DNA from: Vicinamibacterales bacterium
GTDB taxonomy: Bacteria; Acidobacteriota; Vicinamibacteria; Vicinamibacterales; UBA8438
DNA length: 64,000 bases
Direction of reading: 5' to 3'
NCBI GenBank assembly: GCA_965237405.1
Contig: OZ250139.1
Location: forward strand, 2,565,661 to 2,629,660
Position 1 is the first letter of the stretch; every line of letters starts with the position of its first letter. The notes beneath the pieces are model-generated. The model did no database searches, was not told the DNA's origin, and saw nothing but the letters and a program-made list of their open reading frames with translations. Positions 28,790-37,868 of this stretch are shown here, piece after piece. The translations under genes were made by a program, and so were the position numbers.

Positions 28790-30022
28790 ATGAGTGCTCG
28801 TCTGATCGTCGAGATGAGCCAGGTTGGGCTTGGTGCGATCTGGGGCAACAAGCTACGTTCCTTCCTGGCCATCCTCGGTAATGTCGTGGCAGTTGGGTCG
28901 ATCGTGACCCTCGTTTCGCTCATCCAGGGCATCACCGTCGAGGTGAAAAACATCATCCTAACGAATGTTGGTGCCGACACCTTCATGATTGAGCAACGAG
29001 GACTGATCACAAGTTTTTTCGACGAGGATCGCACACGGAAGAATCCAAGAATTACGCTCGACGATCTGAGGGCGTTAGAACGTTTCGGCCGCGGCTTCAA
29101 AGCCACGATGGCCAGCACAAGTCGTTCGGGTGAGATCCGCTACCAAGACAACGTTCTCGAAAACGCCCAGATTCGTGGCGTCACCGAAGAGTTCAGCGAG
29201 TTCCAGCAGTTCGATGCTGAACGGGGACGCCTGCCGACACCCACCGAGGTTCAGCGTCGACGACACGTAGCACTTCTGGGCTGGTCTACGGCGGACCGTC
29301 TCTTCGCAACCACCAATCCACTGGAGCAGACGATCACAGTTCAGAGAGTGCATTTCAGGGTCGTTGGTGTCAGTGCTTCTAAGGGATCGCTAATGGGTCA
29401 GTCTCAGGACGAGTTTGTTGTAATCCCACTAGGAGCCTTTCAGCAACTCTTTGGCGTACGGACGGAACTCGATTTGATGGTCATGGTCGACGATCCCAAC
29501 GAGATTGATCGGGCTATGGATGAAGCGACGGTTGCATTGCGAATCAAACGACGACTTCGACCGGCGGAAGAGAATAACTTCGGTATATTCACGGCGGATA
29601 CGGCGCTTGATCTCTATAACCTAGCAACGACTGGCATTTATGCGGTCCTGGTCGGTGTCGTCGGTTTGTCGTTAGTCGTCGCAGGCATTGTCATCATGAA
29701 CATCATGTTGATGGCTGTGTTTGAACGCACGCGTGAGATCGGTCTACGCAAAGCGCTCGGTGCATGCCGACGCGACATCATGTGGCAAATGCTGTCAGAG
29801 TCGGTGGCTCTCTCGACGATCGGTGGTGTTTTCGGTACGTCTCTCGGCGTCGGTGCAGCCGTATTGATCGACCGACTTGCGCCAGTTCCCGCAACGGTGC
29901 ATATCTGGTCGGTCGTCTTAGCTATTAGCTTGACGGCTGGAGTCGGACTCTTTTTCGGGTTGTATCCGGCGTCCAGAGCAGCGGCACTGGATCCGATCGA
30001 TGCGCTGGGGAGAACCGGCTGA
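28790..30022 (+). CDS. ABC-transporter permease, MacB/FtsX type (periplasmic domain plus FtsX TM domain; no ATPase domain)
   Basis: N-terminal IWGNKLRSFLAILGNVV helix, a large periplasmic domain, and the C-terminal FtsX block ERTREIGLRKALGACRRDI. Confidence 0.88.
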   Translation: MSARLIVEMSQVGLGAIWGNKLRSFLAILGNVVAVGSIVTLVSLIQGITVEVKNIILTNVGADTFMIEQRGLITSFFDEDRTRKNPRITLDDLRALERFGRGFKATMASTSRSGEIRYQDNVLENAQIRGVTEEFSEFQQFDAERGRLPTPTEVQRRRHVALLGWSTADRLFATTNPLEQTITVQRVHFRVVGVSASKGSLMGQSQDEFVVIPLGAFQQLFGVRTELDLMVMVDDPNEIDRAMDEATVALRIKRRLRPAEENNFGIFTADTALDLYNLATTGIYAVLVGVVGLSLVVAGIVIMNIMLMAVFERTREIGLRKALGACRRDIMWQMLSESVALSTIGGVFGTSLGVGAAVLIDRLAPVPATVHIWSVVLAISLTAGVGLFFGLYPASRAAALDPIDALGRTG

Positions 30023-31308
30023 TGCGCATCCGGACTAGTCTGTTCCGTGAGATCGCCACGATGGCGTTCGTAACCGTACGGACCCAGAAGGCTCGTTCGG
30101 CTCTCACGATCTTGGGGATCATGATTGGCATCACGTCGATCGTCGGCATGACCGCGATCGTCCGGGGATTCGACGAATCCATGCAAGGGGCGATCAGCCA
30201 AATGGGCCCAAACACGATCTTCATTATGCAGTTTTCTGGTCTCAGTTTAGCTGCCGGCGAAGACTTCCGGTCATTGATACGTCGTCCAAGTCTAACCCTG
30301 GCCGACGTGACCGCCCTCGATCGACAGGTACGTTCGATCGCCAGCGTCGGCTTTGTACTTGGCGAAGGTTTTCGGGGAGTGCGGGCGCGTCTGGCCTACG
30401 CCGGCCGTCGAACGAAGAACGTTAGCATTCTTGGAACAAGTTATAACTACCCTGACATAGCCAAGATCGACATGGAACACGGTCGATTCTTCACACAAAC
30501 GGAAGTGATGCACCGCCGCCGAGTCGTGATTCTCGGCCACACACCGTATAAAGGGTTGTTTCCACAGGTGGACCCGATTGGAAAGGTCGTCCGGGTTGCC
30601 GGACAGCCCTATACCGTTATTGGAGTGCACGCCAAGCGTGCAATGGCGGGCGGCCTGAACCTCGGGGAAAACGATTTCGCAGTTATTCCTCACTCGGTCT
30701 ACCAGAAGCAGTTCGGCGAAAATGTCACCCGATCCAGACGAGGGAGAATGAACTCCTTTATGATCACGGCGATCCTTCGTGAAAGTGTGCCCCGCGAAGA
30801 CGCCATCCACGAGATCGAGGACGTCATACGAATCCGCCACAAACTTCGGGTAGACGACGCGAACGATTTTGATGTCATGACACAGGACACAATCCTTCAG
30901 CTCTGGAACCAAATCAGCACAGCGACCTACCTCGCGCTGGTCTCAATTTCGTCGATCGCACTTTTGGTGGGCGGTATAGGGGTCATGGCCATCATGACCA
31001 TCTCGGTCACGGAGCGGACCTGCGAGATCGGCACTCGACGTGCACTCGGCGCACGGAAACGGGAGATCCGCTGGCAGTTTCTCTTAGAGGCAGCGTTTCT
31101 CACCATCGTCGGTGGTGTACTGGGCGTCTTATTCGGCAGCGGAATCGGCATCGGTATCCACTACGCGACTGGCTTCCCCATCTCCCTCCCATGGTGGTCC
31201 TTTGCTCTCGGCATTGGATTCTCTGGGTCCATCGGGATCGCCTTTGGTCTCTTTCCGGCAGTACGTGCGGCCGGACTCGATCCGATCGAGGCACTCCGGC
31301 ACGAGTAA
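30022..31308 (+). CDS. Second ABC-transporter permease, MacB/FtsX type (paralog of the previous gene)
   Basis: QKARSALTILGIMIGITSIV and ERTCEIGTRRALGARKREI. Its start overlaps the upstream stop (TGATG). Confidence 0.88.
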   Translation: MRIRTSLFREIATMAFVTVRTQKARSALTILGIMIGITSIVGMTAIVRGFDESMQGAISQMGPNTIFIMQFSGLSLAAGEDFRSLIRRPSLTLADVTALDRQVRSIASVGFVLGEGFRGVRARLAYAGRRTKNVSILGTSYNYPDIAKIDMEHGRFFTQTEVMHRRRVVILGHTPYKGLFPQVDPIGKVVRVAGQPYTVIGVHAKRAMAGGLNLGENDFAVIPHSVYQKQFGENVTRSRRGRMNSFMITAILRESVPREDAIHEIEDVIRIRHKLRVDDANDFDVMTQDTILQLWNQISTATYLALVSISSIALLVGGIGVMAIMTISVTERTCEIGTRRALGARKREIRWQFLLEAAFLTIVGGVLGVLFGSGIGIGIHYATGFPISLPWWSFALGIGFSGSIGIAFGLFPAVRAAGLDPIEALRHE

Positions 31309-31399
31309 GCGCAAACACTTCGGTTTCGCATTCCTTCCCAGCCGCGCGTAGGCACCGACTCCAATGCCAGATATTTCGTGCGCGGATCACCACCGGGCC

Positions 31400-31428
31400 T
31401 TGAGCGAACCTCTCCGGTCGACTACGAT
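31400..31428 (+). promoter_or_regulatory. Sigma70-type promoter candidate for the EF-G paralog
   Basis: TTGAGC (31400-05), a 17-nt spacer, then TACGAT (31423-28), 36 nt before ATG 31464. Confidence 0.4.
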
Positions 31429-31463
31429 TCGTAGGTTCGTGCGTAAAGAGGGGGTCGGCCTAT

Positions 31464-33563
31464 ATGAAAGTGTACGCCGCTGCGAATATCCGGAACATCG
31501 TACTCGTCGGGCATAGTGGTTCCGGTAAGACGCAATTGGTGTCAACCGCGTTGTTCGACGCAGGCATGGTCAATCGTCTGGGAACCGTGGATGACGGAAC
31601 GACGGTTACCGACTTCGACGAGGAGGAAATCGCACGCAAGCACACGCTATCGTCGAGCGCTGCTTTCGCCGAGTGGAATAAAGTCAAGATCAATATCATC
31701 GATACGCCAGGCATCGCAAACTTCATGAGCGACACGCGGGCCGCCATGCGAGTTGCAGACGCAGCGGTGGTGGTGGTCGACGCCGTCGCCGGCGTCGAGG
31801 TGCAGACTGAGACGGTCTGGGCGACCGCCAAGGAACTGGGACTACCTTGTCTCGTGGTGCTGAACCGCCTGGACCGAGACCGCGCGAGCCTGGAGCGCTC
31901 CCTCGGGTCATTGCGTGAGGCCTTCGGCCGGGAGATCCTTCCCATCCAGCTCCCGATTGGCGAGGAAAGGGCCTTCACCGGAACGGTCGACCTCATTACC
32001 ATGACCGCGATTACCCATAGCACAGACGGCAGCGGGAAGGTGTCCAGCGGCGACATCCCAGCCGAACTCGCTGACTCCGCCAATTCGTCCCACGAGGCCT
32101 TGATCGAAATGGTTGCAGAGGCCGACGACGTGCTGATGGAACAATTCTTCGAAGCCGGCACGCTCACACAAAAAGAGCTCGAGCAGGGTCTGCGCACCGC
32201 GGTGACCGGACGGAAGCTATTTCCCTTAGTGTGCACATCGGCTACGACCAACGTTGGTATCCAGTCGGTGCTCGATGTGATCATCACATTTCTTCCGTCA
32301 CCCGCCGATCATCTACTGCAGGCGGTTGACGGTAACGGAGAGCCAGCGTCGTATGATGCGAGCGACACAGCCCCGACGACGGCATTCGTCTGGAAGACGA
32401 TCGCGGATCCGTTCTCGGGTCGAATTACTTTATTCCGTGTGGCCTCGGGGTCACTCAAGGCCGACACGTCGGTGCACAATAAAACGCGTGATTTGAGCGA
32501 GCGCTTTGGTAGCCTTGCGGTGTTGCAGGGCAAGATGCAAACGACGGTTACGGAAATCAAGACCGGCGATCTCGGAGCGGTGGCCAAACTCAAGGAGACC
32601 CAGACGTCTGACACGCTCGCACCCAAAACTAGCGATTTCGAATTCCCACCGATCGCCTTCGCAGAGCCGGTGCTATCGTACGCGATCGAACCAAGGAGTC
32701 GTGGCGACGAAGAGAAGATCAGCGGCTCGCTGCAACGACTCGAAGAGGAGGACCCCACGATTCGGTACGGCCGAGATCCGCAGACCGGCCAATTGCTCCT
32801 CTCGGGTCAAGGTCAGCTCCACATCGAGGTAACGGTCGCTAAGCTAAAACGACGTTTTGGGGTCGAAGTAAACCTTAAGCTGCCACGCATCCCCTATCGA
32901 GAAACTGTGACGGTGGCCACTGAGGCACATGGACGACACAAGAAGCAAACAGGCGGGCACGGCCAGTTCGGCGACTGCAAGATCAAGGTCAAGCCGCTAC
33001 CGCGGGGCGAGGACTTTCAGTTTGTCGACGAGATTTTCGGTGGCGCGATTCCACGCACCTTCATCCCTGCCGTTGAAAAGGGCATCCGGGAGGCGCGTAC
33101 CAAAGGCTACCTCGCGGGGTATCCGATGGTGGACTTCCAGGTCACGCTCTACGATGGACAGTTCCACGCCGTTGACTCGAACGAGATGTCGTTCAAGATG
33201 GCAGGACGACTCGCGTTCCGAGACGCGATGACAAGGGCGAAGCCGACGCTGCTCGAACCGGTGATGAACGTCGAAGTCTACGCGCCAAATGATTTTTCAG
33301 GAGACCTCATGGGAGACCTCAACGGGCGCCGTGGCAGGATTGGCGGAATGGAGACGCGTGGCGCCTTGACCCTCATCAAGGCGCAGGTGCCGATGGCTGA
33401 AATGCTCACATACGAACAGCAGCTGACGTCAGCAACGGGTGGCCGCGGCTTCTATCACATGGAGTTTTCGCACTATGAGGAGGTACCGGCGCACCTCCAT
33501 GGGAAGATCATCGCCGAAGCGAAGGCAGAGCGTGGTGAAGAACAGGTAGAAGAAGACGCGTAG
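31464..33563 (+). CDS. Elongation factor G paralog (EF-G2-like translational GTPase)
   Basis: 699 aa with five-domain EF-G architecture. The G motifs deviate from the canonical copy: GHSGSGKT (G1), DTPG and NRLD (G4). Confidence 0.9.
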   Translation: MKVYAAANIRNIVLVGHSGSGKTQLVSTALFDAGMVNRLGTVDDGTTVTDFDEEEIARKHTLSSSAAFAEWNKVKINIIDTPGIANFMSDTRAAMRVADAAVVVVDAVAGVEVQTETVWATAKELGLPCLVVLNRLDRDRASLERSLGSLREAFGREILPIQLPIGEERAFTGTVDLITMTAITHSTDGSGKVSSGDIPAELADSANSSHEALIEMVAEADDVLMEQFFEAGTLTQKELEQGLRTAVTGRKLFPLVCTSATTNVGIQSVLDVIITFLPSPADHLLQAVDGNGEPASYDASDTAPTTAFVWKTIADPFSGRITLFRVASGSLKADTSVHNKTRDLSERFGSLAVLQGKMQTTVTEIKTGDLGAVAKLKETQTSDTLAPKTSDFEFPPIAFAEPVLSYAIEPRSRGDEEKISGSLQRLEEEDPTIRYGRDPQTGQLLLSGQGQLHIEVTVAKLKRRFGVEVNLKLPRIPYRETVTVATEAHGRHKKQTGGHGQFGDCKIKVKPLPRGEDFQFVDEIFGGAIPRTFIPAVEKGIREARTKGYLAGYPMVDFQVTLYDGQFHAVDSNEMSFKMAGRLAFRDAMTRAKPTLLEPVMNVEVYAPNDFSGDLMGDLNGRRGRIGGMETRGALTLIKAQVPMAEMLTYEQQLTSATGGRGFYHMEFSHYEEVPAHLHGKIIAEAKAERGEEQVEEDA

Positions 33564-33583
33564 CGGAGACAAACACCCGCTAC
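33560..33583. terminator. Hairpin spanning both stop codons of the convergent EF-G paralog and rplQ genes
   Basis: GTAGCGG (33560-66) / CCGCTAC (33577-83) with a 10-nt loop. There is no clear U-tract on the + side and a pyrimidine-rich tail on the - side. Confidence 0.3.
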
Positions 33584-34143
33584 TCGGCCTCTCCGCTGGA
33601 CTCGGCTGATACTGGCGCTTTGTCGGCGCCTCCTTTAGACCACTTACCGCTACGAATACGCTTTGCCGCCCGCCGAATCCTGCCGCCGACACCTTCTTTA
33701 GCACCGCTCGTGCTTTGCTCCGCATCGCCTTTCGTCTCAACCGTGACGCTGGGATCAAATTCGCTTCCGAGAAGCTCGACCTGTGCCAATTCGGCATCGT
33801 CGCCCTGACGACGCCCGGATCGCAAGATCCGCGTGTAGCCACCTTGGCGATCCGAAAAACGCGGTGCGATGGTCTCGAAGAGCTTTCGTACAACCGTCCG
33901 GTCTGCCAGGTCGCGGGCCACGAGCCTGCGAGCGTGCAGCGCTCGGCCGTCATCTAGTCCATCTGTAATTCCTCGCTTGGCAGCCGTGATGAGCCGCTCA
34001 ACGAAGGGACGGAGCTCCTTGGCTTTCGCGACCGTGGTCTGGATCCGCTCGTGCCGCAGCAACTCTTGGGCCTGATTGCGCAGCAGCGCTGTGCGATGCT
34101 CAGTGAAACGGCCGAGCTTTCGGTGTGCAACGCGGTGACGCAT
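33580..34143 (-). CDS. rplQ: 50S ribosomal protein L17 (with a basic/acidic C-terminal extension of about 60 aa)
   Basis: MRHRVAHRKLGRFTEHRTALLRNQAQELLRHERIQTT. 187 aa. Confidence 0.93.
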   Translation of the reverse strand: MRHRVAHRKLGRFTEHRTALLRNQAQELLRHERIQTTVAKAKELRPFVERLITAAKRGITDGLDDGRALHARRLVARDLADRTVVRKLFETIAPRFSDRQGGYTRILRSGRRQGDDAELAQVELLGSEFDPSVTVETKGDAEQSTSGAKEGVGGRIRRAAKRIRSGKWSKGGADKAPVSAESSGEAE

Positions 34144-34149
34144 TGATCT

Positions 34150-35142
34150 CTATTCTGGTTGCGCCGGCACCTCGCCGGCAGGTTGATCGAGTCGCATACC
34201 GAGATTGAGCCCCATACCGAGAAGAATCTCCTTGATCTCGTTCAGTGACTTGCGACCAAAGTTCTTCGTCCGTAACATCTCAAGCTCGGTCTTGTGCACA
34301 AGCTCTCGAATCGTACGAATGTTGGCGTTCTTCAAGCAATTATAGGACCGAACGGACAACTCGAGTTCCTCAACGCTCTTATTCAAATATTCGTTCGCTA
34401 CAGCTTCGGCCTCATCCGTCTCGGGTTCTTCTTGCGGCTCGATGGGTTCATCAATGTTGATAAAGATGTTGAGATGGTCGCGGATGAGCTTGGCGGCGAG
34501 CGATATCGCGTCGCGCGCGGTCACCGCGCCGTCCGTCCACACATCCACCGTCAGCTTGTCGTAGTCCGTCGTTTGTCCAAGCCGAGCGGCTTCTACCAAA
34601 TAGTTCACCTTCTTGACCGGCGAGTGGACCGAATCAATCGGAATCCAGCCAATGGACAGATCCTCATCGAAGTTACGGTCGGCCGATACATACCCACGTC
34701 CGCGATTAACGCGCATCTCGATATTGAGCGACCCGCCCTTCGAAATTGTCGCGATATGCACATCCGGATCGAGAATATCGATGCCCGCGTCGGTTTCAAT
34801 ATCCCCAGCTGTGACCTCACCGGCTGCGCCTGCGCGAAGCATAAGCGTCTTCGTATGGTCGACGTGCATGCGCATCGGAACCTGCTTAAGATTGAGGATG
34901 ATATCCGTTGCGTCCTCTACCACTCCCCGGATCGGTGAGAACTCATGGAGCACACCGTCCATCTTCACCGCCGTGATGGCAGCACCCTCGATCGATGACA
35001 ACAGCACACGGCGCAGGGAATTGCCAATCGTCGTACCGAATCCTCGTTCGAACGGCTGCGCATGGAACCGCCCGTAGTGATCGGTCAGTGTGTCACGCTC
35101 GTACTCCAACCGCTTGGGTCGCTGGAAACCTTTCCACAACAT
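34150..35142 (-). CDS. rpoA: DNA-directed RNA polymerase subunit alpha
   Basis: [23 protein letters not shown], and the C-terminal domain [19 protein letters not shown] prefer the start at [12 protein letters not shown] (ATG 35142), which has AAAGGA upstream. Confidence 0.95.
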   Translation of the reverse strand: MLWKGFQRPKRLEYERDTLTDHYGRFHAQPFERGFGTTIGNSLRRVLLSSIEGAAITAVKMDGVLHEFSPIRGVVEDATDIILNLKQVPMRMHVDHTKTLMLRAGAAGEVTAGDIETDAGIDILDPDVHIATISKGGSLNIEMRVNRGRGYVSADRNFDEDLSIGWIPIDSVHSPVKKVNYLVEAARLGQTTDYDKLTVDVWTDGAVTARDAISLAAKLIRDHLNIFINIDEPIEPQEEPETDEAEAVANEYLNKSVEELELSVRSYNCLKNANIRTIRELVHKTELEMLRTKNFGRKSLNEIKEILLGMGLNLGMRLDQPAGEVPAQPE

Positions 35143-35222
35143 CAAGTTTTGTCCTTTCAGCGTTGCACGAAATGGAACGCCCGCGTCCTCATCATCCGGG
35201 ATGCCAGGAAGCGCCCACTCGG

Positions 35223-35852
35223 TCACTTCGAATACAGCTCGACGATCAGCTGTTCCTGTATCGGCAGGTTAAGTTGGTCGCGCGTCGGAAGCGCGGTCAG
35301 CTGGCCTGCCACCTTGTTGCTATCGAACTCACACCACTCAGGAATCCCGCGCCCCTTGACCTCCTCCATCGCGTACAGGATCGCCGGGTTCTTGGTGCTT
35401 GACGGCTTGACTGCCACTTGGTCGCCGGCCTTCAGCCCGAACGACGGCACGTCAGCGCGACGGCCATTAACCGTGAAGTGCCCGTGCCGAACCAACTGCC
35501 TGGCCTGTGGGCGAGACGTGGCAAGACCGAGCCGGTAAACGACGTTATCCAGACGGCCTTCAAGGAGCTGCAAGAGCATCTCGCCGGTCACACCACGCCG
35601 ACGGTCAGCCTCCTTAAAGTAGCGCCTGAATTGACTTTCGAGAACGCCGTAAATACGCTTGACTCGCTGCTTCTCGCGCAACTGGAGTCCGTACCCGGCC
35701 ATTCTGGCCCGTCGACCCCTCCCATGCTGCCCCGGAGGCACATTGCGACGCTCGATCGCGCACTTTTCGCCGTAGCAGCGCTCACCCTTCAGGAACAGCT
35801 TCATGCCCTCGCGCCGGCACAACCGGCAGGCGGGACCCACATATCGCGCCAT
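35223..35852 (-). CDS. rpsD: 30S ribosomal protein S4
   Basis: [29 protein letters not shown] 35852 lies 1 nt after the rpsK stop. Confidence 0.95.
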   Translation of the reverse strand: MARYVGPACRLCRREGMKLFLKGERCYGEKCAIERRNVPPGQHGRGRRARMAGYGLQLREKQRVKRIYGVLESQFRRYFKEADRRRGVTGEMLLQLLEGRLDNVVYRLGLATSRPQARQLVRHGHFTVNGRRADVPSFGLKAGDQVAVKPSSTKNPAILYAMEEVKGRGIPEWCEFDSNKVAGQLTALPTRDQLNLPIQEQLIVELYSK

Positions 35853-35853
35853 C

Positions 35854-36300
35854 TCACACCCTCCGTCGCTTCGGCGGACGGCAGCCATTGTGCGGGATCG
35901 GCGTCACGTCCTTGATCGACTTCACCGCAAACCCGACCGATGTCTGGAGCGCTCGAATCGCCGACTCTCGGCCCACACCCGGACCCTTCACCCGCACGTC
36001 GACCGACCGCACGCCGAAAGCCCTCGCGCCCTGACCGGCGTTAATTGCAGCCTGCGTTGCGGCGAACGGCGTCCCTTTTCTTGACCCCTTAAAGCCGACC
36101 CCGCCAGCGCTCGACCAGGACAAGACGCTGCCTTCAGCATCGGTCACCGTGATGATCGTGTTGTTGAAGGACGCCTGAACATGAACGACTCCGTGCGGGA
36201 CCACGCGCTTCTCACCACGCTTCTTGAACGTCTTCTTTCGCTTGGTTCGCTTCGATTTCGCAGGAGGAATGCTCGCGTCTACAGTTTCTAGCTTTGCCAT
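35854..36300 (-). CDS. rpsK: 30S ribosomal protein S11
   Basis: [18 protein letters not shown]...[13 protein letters not shown], with a basic N-terminal extension. Confidence 0.95.
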   Translation of the reverse strand: MAKLETVDASIPPAKSKRTKRKKTFKKRGEKRVVPHGVVHVQASFNNTIITVTDAEGSVLSWSSAGGVGFKGSRKGTPFAATQAAINAGQGARAFGVRSVDVRVKGPGVGRESAIRALQTSVGFAVKSIKDVTPIPHNGCRPPKRRRV

Positions 36301-36325
36301 CCGATTTCCTTATCTCTCGTGATAA

Positions 36326-36700
36326 CTAGGTTGTCTTCTTCTTAGCAACCACACCCTTGCGCGGCCCTTTTCGCGTCCGCGCATTAGTGATCGTCCGCTG
36401 GCCGCGAACCGGCAAGTTACGACGATGCCGAAGGCCACGATAGCAACCGATCTCTATGAGCCGCTTGATGTTCATCGAAACTTCTCTTCGAAGGTCACCT
36501 TCGACCCGCCCCTGCTCTTCGATCACGCTACTGATCTTCCGGACTTCGTCCTCGGTGAGATCCTTGACCCGAGTGTCAGGATTGACGCCGGATGCCTCAA
36601 GCACCTTCTCTGCTCGGGTCGGACCGATGCCGTAGATGTAGGTCAATCCAACCTCGATCCGCTTCGTCCGAGGCAGGTCAACGCCTGCTATTCGTGCCAT
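36326..36700 (-). CDS. rpsM: 30S ribosomal protein S13
   Basis: [26 protein letters not shown]. Confidence 0.96.
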   Translation of the reverse strand: MARIAGVDLPRTKRIEVGLTYIYGIGPTRAEKVLEASGVNPDTRVKDLTEDEVRKISSVIEEQGRVEGDLRREVSMNIKRLIEIGCYRGLRHRRNLPVRGQRTITNARTRKGPRKGVVAKKKTT

Positions 36701-36714
36701 ATGTGAACCTCACC

Positions 36715-36828
36715 CTAACCTTGCCGCTGTTTGTGCTTCGGGTTACTGCACAACACCCGAACGACTCCTCGCCGCTTGACGACCTTGCATTTGTCACACA
36801 ACCGTCGGACCGATGCCCGTACTTTCAT
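36715..36828 (-). CDS. rpmJ: 50S ribosomal protein L36 (Zn-binding form)
   Basis: Hand translation gives [37 protein letters not shown] (37 aa). It falls below the ORF-track length cutoff. GAAAGG lies upstream. Confidence 0.92.
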   Translation of the reverse strand: MKVRASVRRLCDKCKVVKRRGVVRVLCSNPKHKQRQG

Positions 36829-36846
36829 CTTGTACCTTTCACTTCA

Positions 36847-37055
36847 CTACAAGCGAGCGGTTATCCGACCGCGAGTCGGATTTCGCGACGACACGGCAAC
36901 CTTCACCCAATCTCCTCGTAGTATCCGCACAAAACTTCAACGAGACTCTTCGAGAGGTAAGCCGTGATCCTAGTTCTCGATTCCAGCACCACACGAAACA
37001 ACGTACGTGGCAGCGCTTCGATCACGAGCCCATCGACTACCATCGATGCATACAT
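36847..37055 (-). pseudogene. infA: Translation initiation factor IF-1 gene interrupted by a 1-nt frameshift (or a sequencing indel)
   Basis: ATG 37055 opens MYASMVVDGLVIEALPRTLFRVVLESRTRITAYLSKSLVE..., which stops at TGA 36903-36905. The IF-1 C-terminus SFVRILRGDWVKVAVSSRNPTRGRITARL* is in another frame (36936 to TAG 36847-36849). The junction is at a T4 run. Confidence 0.7.
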
Positions 37056-37061
37056 ATCTCG

Positions 37062-37868
37062 TTAACTCCGAGCAACCGAGACTCGGTTGGCCTGCGGCAC
37101 GCCCACAGAGGCCGCACTGTCAGCCAGACGACTCAAGATCTCGGAACCGTCTACGCTTACCGCCACCGAGTGTTCGAAGTGTGCCGACAAACCACCATCA
37201 CGAGTCACAGCGGTCCACCCATCGTCAAGTAAGCGAACCCCAGGACCGCCGGCGTTCACCATCGGTTCAATAGCCAATACCATCCCCTCACGCAACCGCG
37301 GACCCCGACCCGGTTCTCCATAGTTCGGGATCTGAGGCTCCTCATGAAGCTGCGTCCCGATACCGTGCCCAACGAAATCCCGAACGACGGAAAACCCATA
37401 TGCCTCGACATGAGCTTGTACCGCATGACCAATATCCGATACTCGACCGTCTACCCTCACCTGCTCAATCGCCAGGATCAACGATTCTTCGGTTACCCGT
37501 AGAAGACGTGATGCCTCATCGGCAATCTTGCCGACTCCGATCGTTATGGCAGAATCACCGTAGTAACCATCTAGAATGACCCCCATGTCGAGCGAGATAA
37601 CGTCGCCCTCTTTGAGAGCACGACTCGACGGGATACCGTGAACGACCGTATCGTTGATCGACGCACAAATGGTCGCAGGGTACCCGTGGTATCCCTTGAA
37701 TGCTGGCACCGCCCCAGCCTCTACAATTCTCGCCTCTGCGATTACGTCCAGCTCTTGCGTCGTCACCCCAGGGGCAACAACCGCTTGAAGCTCGGATAAA
37801 ACCTTAGCGACGAGACGGTTCGCCGAACGCATCTTCCGGAGCTCATCCGGTGATTTACACACAATCAT
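37062..37868 (-). CDS. map: Methionine aminopeptidase type I
   Basis: 268 aa. The metal-ligand context includes DVISLDMG, GHGIG and LAIEPM. Confidence 0.94.
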   Translation of the reverse strand: MIVCKSPDELRKMRSANRLVAKVLSELQAVVAPGVTTQELDVIAEARIVEAGAVPAFKGYHGYPATICASINDTVVHGIPSSRALKEGDVISLDMGVILDGYYGDSAITIGVGKIADEASRLLRVTEESLILAIEQVRVDGRVSDIGHAVQAHVEAYGFSVVRDFVGHGIGTQLHEEPQIPNYGEPGRGPRLREGMVLAIEPMVNAGGPGVRLLDDGWTAVTRDGGLSAHFEHSVAVSVDGSEILSRLADSAASVGVPQANRVSVARS

